Program-made: the position numbers and the translations under genes
Part shown: positions 7,109-11,196 of the stretch, piece after piece
Numbering within the stretch: position 1 is the stretch's first letter
Layout: every line of letters starts with the position of its first letter
Notes under the pieces: model-generated
The model's database searches: none
Seen by the model: only the letters and a program-made list of their open reading frames with translations
Told to the model about the DNA's origin: nothing
Virus genome (UHGV): UHGV-0300947
Source: a virus
Direction: 5' to 3' (one strand)
DNA: 11,196 bases

Positions 7109-7154
7109 TCGCTTTTCAGCGACGTAGGACGAATGTCCGTTGTTACAAAGAGCG
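7109..7154 (-). promoter_or_regulatory. nutR-like site (boxA plus boxB hairpin) downstream of cro
   Basis: On the - strand: boxA-like CGCTCTTTG (plus 7154-7146), then about 23 nt, then boxB-like hairpin UCGCU-GAAA-AGCGA (plus 7122-7109). Closely parallels the nutL-like site at 9791-9835, including a shared CTACGT before boxB. Confidence 0.55.
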
Positions 7155-7164
7155 GATCCGCTTA

Positions 7165-7380
7165 TTAAGCGGCTTTGTGTTCCGGCGGGAACACGTCATC
7201 AAGACTGACTTTTGCGCCTAACTTGTTTAGGCACGCAACAAGAGCACGGCATGTTTTAAGGTCTGGGAAGCGACGACCAGATTCCCAATGTCCGATAGCT
7301 CCCTGTGTGCATCCAACTGCCTTAGCAAGTGTTGTTTGAGAGATATTCAGTGACTCTCGATATTTTCGTAGGTTGCTCAT
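7165..7380 (-). CDS. cro: Cro-like HTH repressor (non-lambda specificity)
   Basis: 71 aa from the internal ATG (7380-7378) preceded by GGAGG: MSNLRKYRESLNISQTTLAKAVGCTQGAIGHWESGRRFPDLKTCRALVACLNKLGAKVSLDDVF... The HTH motif QTTLAKAVGCTQGAIGHW is shared with the CI N-terminus. Divergent from cI. The 128-aa track ORF is an artificial upstream extension. Confidence 0.8.
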   Translation of the reverse strand: MSNLRKYRESLNISQTTLAKAVGCTQGAIGHWESGRRFPDLKTCRALVACLNKLGAKVSLDDVFPPEHKAA

Positions 7381-7497
7381 ATGCCCTCCATAGTAAACAC
7401 GAATAAAAAAATACAATATGTACTTTGCGAATACAAGTAAAAATACACATTGTGCATGGATGGTTCCAGTACAGAGCGTAATAATAAGGACATGAAA
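7381..7497. promoter_or_regulatory. Divergent OR-type operator/promoter region (PR towards cro, PRM towards cI)
   Basis: AT-rich intergenic region between divergent cro and cI with repeated ATACAA/ATACAC motifs and short dyads (tacaatatgta, tactttgcgaatacaagta). Candidate PR on the - strand: TTGTAT (plus 7436-7431), 17 bp, TATTTT (plus 7413-7408). Exact operators not resolved. Confidence 0.55.
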
Positions 7498-8151
7498 ATG
7501 AAATGGTATGAACTGGCTAGATCCAGAATGAAAGAGCTCGGCATAACTCAAGAGAAGTTAGCCGAAGAGCTAGGTATGACGCAGGGTGGGATTGGACACT
7601 GGTTGCGCGGATCTCGTCATCCATCTCTTAGTGATATTGGTGTGGTGTTTAAATACCTTGGTATTGATAACATATCATTCAACCACGACGGGACATTTTC
7701 ACCTGTTGGCGAATACTCATCGGCCCCAGTTAAAAAACAATATGAGTACCCTGTTTTTTCTCATGTTCAGGCTGGGATGTTCTCTCCAGAACTCAGAACC
7801 TTTACCAAAGGCGATGCGGAGAGATTGGTAAGCACAACCAAAAAAGCCAGTGACTCTGCATTCTGGCTTGAGGTTGAAGGTAACTCAATGACCGCACCAA
7901 CAGGTTCCAAACCCAGCTTTCCTGACGGGATGTTAATTCTGGTTGACCCTGAGCAAGCTGTTGAGCCCGGCGATTTCTGCATAGCCAGACTTGGTGGTGA
8001 TGAATTTACCTTCAAGAAACTGATCAGGGATAGCGGTCAGGTGTTTCTACAGCCACTAAACCCACAATACCCAATGATCCCATGCAATGAGAGTTGTTCC
8101 GTTGTGGGGAAAGTTATCGCCAGCCAATGGCCTGAAGAGACGTTTGGGTGA
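7498..8151 (+). CDS. cI: CI-type prophage repressor (N-terminal HTH of non-lambda specificity fused to lambda-type S24 autopeptidase C-terminal domain)
   Basis: The C-terminal about 130 aa ([28 protein letters not shown]...GNSM...FTFKKLIRD...[16 protein letters not shown]) matches recalled lambda CI, including the Ala-Gly cleavage site and catalytic Ser/Lys. The N-terminal HTH ([20 protein letters not shown]) differs from lambda. Start chosen at ATG 7498 (AAGGA 7 nt upstream); ATG 7492 or 7456 are alternatives. Confidence 0.9.
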   Translation: MKWYELARSRMKELGITQEKLAEELGMTQGGIGHWLRGSRHPSLSDIGVVFKYLGIDNISFNHDGTFSPVGEYSSAPVKKQYEYPVFSHVQAGMFSPELRTFTKGDAERLVSTTKKASDSAFWLEVEGNSMTAPTGSKPSFPDGMLILVDPEQAVEPGDFCIARLGGDEFTFKKLIRDSGQVFLQPLNPQYPMIPCNESCSVVGKVIASQWPEETFG

Positions 8152-8190
8152 TGAAACCACTTTTATCTACAATTTACAGGGCGGTAAACA

Positions 8191-8748
8191 TTGGCAAAAA
8201 TAGATGATTATCAGCCAAGCCAAGTAGAAGTTGATAAAGTACTTTATTGTAAAAAAATAGTTAACTTTTCTGGCGTTAAATGGAAACAGAAACCAAGTCG
8301 CTCTGATATGTGGCTACAAGCCCATATCATCCCCTTGGATGAGGATTGTATACCTATACAAGGGCTAAAGTTTGAACTGAAATGGAAACCAGATCAGGAT
8401 TCAGAACCTGATGACCCGATTTCTTACCCTAAAATAAATATTATTGCTTTCTATCATAACAAGAGGGTTTTCGCGGTAGATACCTATCACTTTGACAAAC
8501 ACACGAATAGTTACAAGGTCGATCATCCGAAGTACCAAGATATCATTTACGGTGCTCACTACCATGTATACTATGAAGAAGCTGGATACTATAGTGATAG
8601 AATAGCGTTTCCAATCGAAGATGACATAAACCCAGATGACCTGGTAGGGTATTGGAATTACTTCTGTAAACATCTGAACATAACTTACTCTGGGAGAATA
8701 CCTTTACCGCTTGAAGATGAGTCGGGGCAAATGGGGTTTGGAATATGA
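8191..8748 (+). CDS. Hypothetical protein A of the rex-position cassette (no recognisable family; acidic, Tyr/His-rich, no predicted TM segment)
   Basis: 185-aa ORF beginning 40 bp after the cI stop. The first in-frame start after the upstream stop is TTG (8191); the first ATG is at codon 40 (8308). Its stop overlaps the start of the next ORF (ATGA). Sequence is visibly AT-richer than flanking lambda-type genes. Confidence 0.6.
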   Translation: MAKIDDYQPSQVEVDKVLYCKKIVNFSGVKWKQKPSRSDMWLQAHIIPLDEDCIPIQGLKFELKWKPDQDSEPDDPISYPKINIIAFYHNKRVFAVDTYHFDKHTNSYKVDHPKYQDIIYGAHYHVYYEEAGYYSDRIAFPIEDDINPDDLVGYWNYFCKHLNITYSGRIPLPLEDESGQMGFGI

Positions 8749-9497
8749 TGTGCTCAACAGTGATCTCACAACTAGGTTTCGAATGCCATCCAATAGGCAA
8801 GACCTTGAGAATTATCAGTCCATTCACTTACTGTGATGATGGAGAGCATGTCGGTGCCTTTATCCGTGAAGTCAATGGTAGGTATTTAGTTAGTGACAGA
8901 TGCGATGCCTTAATGAATATGGAGGCAAGAGGGATCTCGCTTACCAAAAAACGACTTGATGAGATACGACAATTACTGCTTAAAGAAGGCGCAGAACTCA
9001 ATGCTCGAGGAGAAATCATTGCTTGGGCAACAGAAAAGGATGTCGGTGCGATTACATCGAACATAATTAGAGCTGGTATACTCGCATCAACTTTGTCGTT
9101 AGACTGGTATCAGCCAGTTCAAGCTGAAAAGTTTGAAAGTATGGTTATTGATTATCTATATCACACAGAGCTTAGAGACGCACTTTCTCTTCGTGAAAAC
9201 GTATATGGCTTGAGTGGACATCAAATTACCGTCCCTGTAACAATAAAAACCGACATACCTAAATACGTTTTTACATCAAGCGTGAAACACGGAGGAAGCT
9301 GGAATAGTGCTTACTCATTGCTTGGGAAACTAATTGATCTTAAAGCTTCAAGTGAGGAGTATAACAACAGATTTGTTGTTATAGACAGCGAAGCAATTGG
9401 TGATCAAATGCAACAACTCTCCTTACTCTTCCATGAATCAAGCCAAGTTCTACCATTCTCCAAAAGAGAGACTTGGGTTAAGAGACTTGCAGCATAA
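8745..9497 (+). CDS. Hypothetical protein B of the rex-position cassette (no recognisable family; soluble)
   Basis: 250-aa ORF with ATG start overlapping the upstream stop, followed 5 bp downstream by an intrinsic terminator. No motif I can assign; it does not resemble RexA or RexB. Confidence 0.65.
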   Translation: MMCSTVISQLGFECHPIGKTLRIISPFTYCDDGEHVGAFIREVNGRYLVSDRCDALMNMEARGISLTKKRLDEIRQLLLKEGAELNARGEIIAWATEKDVGAITSNIIRAGILASTLSLDWYQPVQAEKFESMVIDYLYHTELRDALSLRENVYGLSGHQITVPVTIKTDIPKYVFTSSVKHGGSWNSAYSLLGKLIDLKASSEEYNNRFVVIDSEAIGDQMQQLSLLFHESSQVLPFSKRETWVKRLAA

Positions 9498-9502
9498 TAC
9501 AA

Positions 9503-9529
9503 CCCGGCCTCAGCGCCGGGTTTTCTTTG
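9503..9529 (+). terminator. Intrinsic terminator closing the cI-cassette operon (tImm-like)
   Basis: CCCGGC-ctcagc-GCCGGG is a perfect 6-bp GC stem, immediately followed by TTTTCTTTG. Confidence 0.7.
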
Positions 9530-9699
9530 CCTCACGTTCGCCCACCTAAAAACACATAACCAATTATATTTATTGAAAAATAAATAGATGCAACCCACTA
9601 AACCACGCAATTCTGATCTCTCCTTACATCGCCGAGGCAATACATCCACGCTAAAAAACAACACTATTAAATACAAAGCGTTATAAAAAACCACGCCAA

Positions 9700-9751
9700 C
9701 TTACAACAAATTGTATTGATCTTGTAAAGTACATATCGTACTATTTAACCG
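9700..9751 (+). promoter_or_regulatory. Candidate PL promoter with OL-type operators
   Basis: TTGATC (9716-9721), 17-bp spacer, TACTAT (9739-9744). Overlapping dyads TACAACAAATTGTA (9702-9715) and AGTACATATCGTACT (9729-9743) share TACA/TGTA half-sites with the OR region. Confidence 0.5.
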
Positions 9752-9790
9752 TCAGCAGGACGCTGGAAGCCAAATGGAACAGACTGGCAG

Positions 9791-9835
9791 GCTCTTTAAA
9801 CAACGTCGACTCTCGACTACGTGGCTGAAAAGCCA
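9791..9835 (+). promoter_or_regulatory. nutL-like site (boxA plus boxB hairpin)
   Basis: boxA-like GCTCTTTAA (9791-9799) and boxB-like hairpin UGGCU-GAAA-AGCCA (9822-9835), about 100 nt upstream of N. Confidence 0.6.
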
Positions 9836-9933
9836 GATCACCCAACCACATAAGCTGTGGGATGCAATGCCGAAGCAACCGTCTCAGGAGGAGCTTCGAG
9901 ATTGCATCGCCAAAGTTTATTCGGGAGGAATCC

Positions 9934-10206
9934 ATGTCCAGAAAAACAGAATTTAAAGGCACCGCAGCTTCTCGCCGTAGAGCTCGTCGCGCAAATCTGC
10001 AAAGTCAGGAGGCGATCAGCTCCGACAAGCTACACAGGCCAACCCCTTCACGAGTGGTCTTGCAATGCAAGCTCAAACCAGCAATGAGAGCAGAAGTGAT
10101 AACTCTGACAACGTTGACCAGAAAATATGAAGGTTCAACTTGTCTTCCGAACGTAGCTCTTTACGCGGCAGGCTACCGGAAATCAAAACAACTGACGGCG
10201 AGATGA
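9934..10206 (+). CDS. N: N-type antitermination protein (arginine-rich motif; C-terminus resembling P22 gp24-type N)
   Basis: 90 aa from ATG 9934 (GGGAGG 5 nt upstream): MSRKTEFKGTAASRRRARRANLQ... with an N-terminal arginine-rich motif. The C-terminus ...LPNVALYAAGYRKSKQLTAR resembles the recalled P22 N C-terminus. The longer track ORFs are upstream extensions. Confidence 0.8.
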   Translation: MSRKTEFKGTAASRRRARRANLQSQEAISSDKLHRPTPSRVVLQCKLKPAMRAEVITLTTLTRKYEGSTCLPNVALYAAGYRKSKQLTAR

Positions 10207-10222
10207 TAAATTCATTTGCTAA

Positions 10223-10804
10223 TTACTTGTTTTTGCCATGCTTATCCTGAGCGATAAGTTCATCCATAAGGCTGTCTGCCTTCCCGGCAAACCTAATGTA
10301 GCACTCATGTCTATAGCTTTCAGGGATAACGAAACGGTCGGTATCAGGATATCCAACAGCAGGAGGCCTTCGAACGAGGAGTCCTTTTTTGAGCAATGAA
10401 ATTGATTCATGAGCGCCCTTTTCCGTTTGTAGCTGGTTATTAGCGGCTACAGCGAATGCCAAATACGCTCTTTCTCCAAGAGTTAACGAATCAAACAAAT
10501 CTTGCACATATTTTTCTTCTTTAGATTTGCGCTTCTGAGCAGCGAATACCTCAATTCTTTCAGTCACAGCGTGATAAGCGGAATTAACAACGCCGTTAAG
10601 CACATAGCTAACGCAAAACAACAGGATGTAATACATCCAGTAATGAGGAAGGATTTCTGGATTATGCAGGTTTATCCATTCTTTTACGCTTACCGGCATA
10701 ACAATAATCAATATGATCAGGATGATTAGCATATGAATCAACTGTTTAAGTGTCATTCCTTGCAGGAAAAAATGCATTAGTTCCTGCCACCATGAGTTGT
10801 TCAT
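10223..10804 (-). CDS. sieB: SieB superinfection exclusion protein (membrane protein)
   Basis: 193 aa MNNSWWQELMHFFLQGMTLKQLIHMLIILIILIIVMPVSVKEWINLHNPEILPHYWMYYILLFCVSYVL... with two hydrophobic helices; matches the lambda/P22 SieB family as recalled. Convergent with N. Confidence 0.85.
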   Translation of the reverse strand: MNNSWWQELMHFFLQGMTLKQLIHMLIILIILIIVMPVSVKEWINLHNPEILPHYWMYYILLFCVSYVLNGVVNSAYHAVTERIEVFAAQKRKSKEEKYVQDLFDSLTLGERAYLAFAVAANNQLQTEKGAHESISLLKKGLLVRRPPAVGYPDTDRFVIPESYRHECYIRFAGKADSLMDELIAQDKHGKNK

Positions 10805-10947
10805 CGGCGTTTCTCTTTTGCTCTCTGTAGGGGTGAATAGAGTTTATCCGATTTCTCGTTGTAGGGGTACACGAGAACCACCGAGCCTGATGTGGTTAAA
10901 AGACAGGCACAATCTTTACTACCGCAATCCACTATTTAAGGTGATAT

Positions 10948-11034
10948 ATGGAAGAAGAATTTGAAGAGTTCGAAGAGCATCCTCAAGATGTGATGGAACA
11001 ATACCAGGACTATCCGTATGACTACGACTATTGA
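10948..11034 (+). CDS. Small acidic ORF (28 aa), resembling the orf28 annotated upstream of ral in lambda
   Basis: ATG 10948 preceded by AAGGTGA; encodes MEEEFEEFEEHPQDVMEQYQDYPYDYDY*. Its 3' end overlaps the ral start. Coding status uncertain. Confidence 0.45.
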   Translation: MEEEFEEFEEHPQDVMEQYQDYPYDYDY

Positions 11035-11196
11035 TACAAATCAATGGTGTGGACAATTCAAACGATGCAATGGATGCAAGCTGCAATCGGAATGCATGGT
11101 TAAGCCTGAAGAAATGTTTCCTGTAATGGAAGATGGGAAATATGTCGATAAATGGGCAATACGAACGACGGCAATGATTGCCAGAGAACTTGGTAA
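11018..11196 (+). CDS. ral: Ral restriction-alleviation protein (3' end beyond the window)
   Basis: Translation from ATG 11018: MTTTIDTNQWCGQFKRCNGCKLQSECMVKPEEMFPVMEDGKYVDKWAIRTTAMIARELG..., matching recalled lambda Ral. Confidence 0.85.
   Translation, partial: MTTTIDTNQWCGQFKRCNGCKLQSECMVKPEEMFPVMEDGKYVDKWAIRTTAMIARELG

Noticed and set aside
7381-7551. N-terminal extension of the 128-aa ORF 7165-7551 (-)
   Set aside because: The extension runs through the operator/promoter region and into the cI start. A GGAGG-ATG internal start at 7380 gives a 71-aa Cro-like protein.
7586-8015. ORFs 7586-7831 (+) and 7767-8015 (-) inside cI
   Set aside because: Alternative frame or antisense of the strongly supported cI gene.
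8401-9064. Antisense ORFs 8401-8673, 8543-8827 and 8828-9064 (-) within the rex-position cassette
   Set aside because: They overlap the two co-oriented, translationally coupled + strand ORFs and have no RBS or terminator context. Rejected with moderate confidence only, because this region is AT-rich and uncharacterised.
9404-10087. ORFs 9404-9694 (-), 9741-9962 (-), 9774-9956 (+) and 9857-10087 (+)
   Set aside because: They overlap the terminator, PL/OL, nutL and the N start region. The N reading frame with an RBS-supported ATG at 9934 explains the coding signal.
10219-10729. ORFs 10219-10410 (-) and 10502-10729 (+)
   Set aside because: Alternative frame or antisense of sieB.

Overview
The window is a lambdoid (lambda-like) prophage or phage segment, presented in reverse orientation to the conventional lambda map. 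On the + strand it reads Rz' <- R <- S <- pR'/tR' <- Q <- nin region <- ren <- P <- O (with ori) <- cII <- nutR <- cro <- OR -> cI -> two unknown genes -> terminator -> PL/OL -> nutL -> N, then a convergent sieB and the start of ral. The lysis, replication (O, P, ren), ninB/E/F/H, sieB and ral genes and the C-terminal halves of CI and CII are recognisably lambda-type by recall of the lambda proteins. The Q antiterminator and its promoter, the DNA-binding halves of CI and CII, Cro, and the operators are a different specificity. The nin region carries an inserted antirepressor - YbcO-like - RusA block. The most interesting locus is the two-gene cassette at 8191-9497: it sits exactly where lambda carries rexA-rexB, is tightly coupled, ends at a clean terminator, looks AT-richer than its flanks, and neither protein resembles RexA/RexB or any family I can recognise. 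I propose it as a candidate undescribed prophage-encoded exclusion or anti-phage module; this is inference from position, not from homology. All calls rest on reading the sequence and translations; no searches or folding computations were run.
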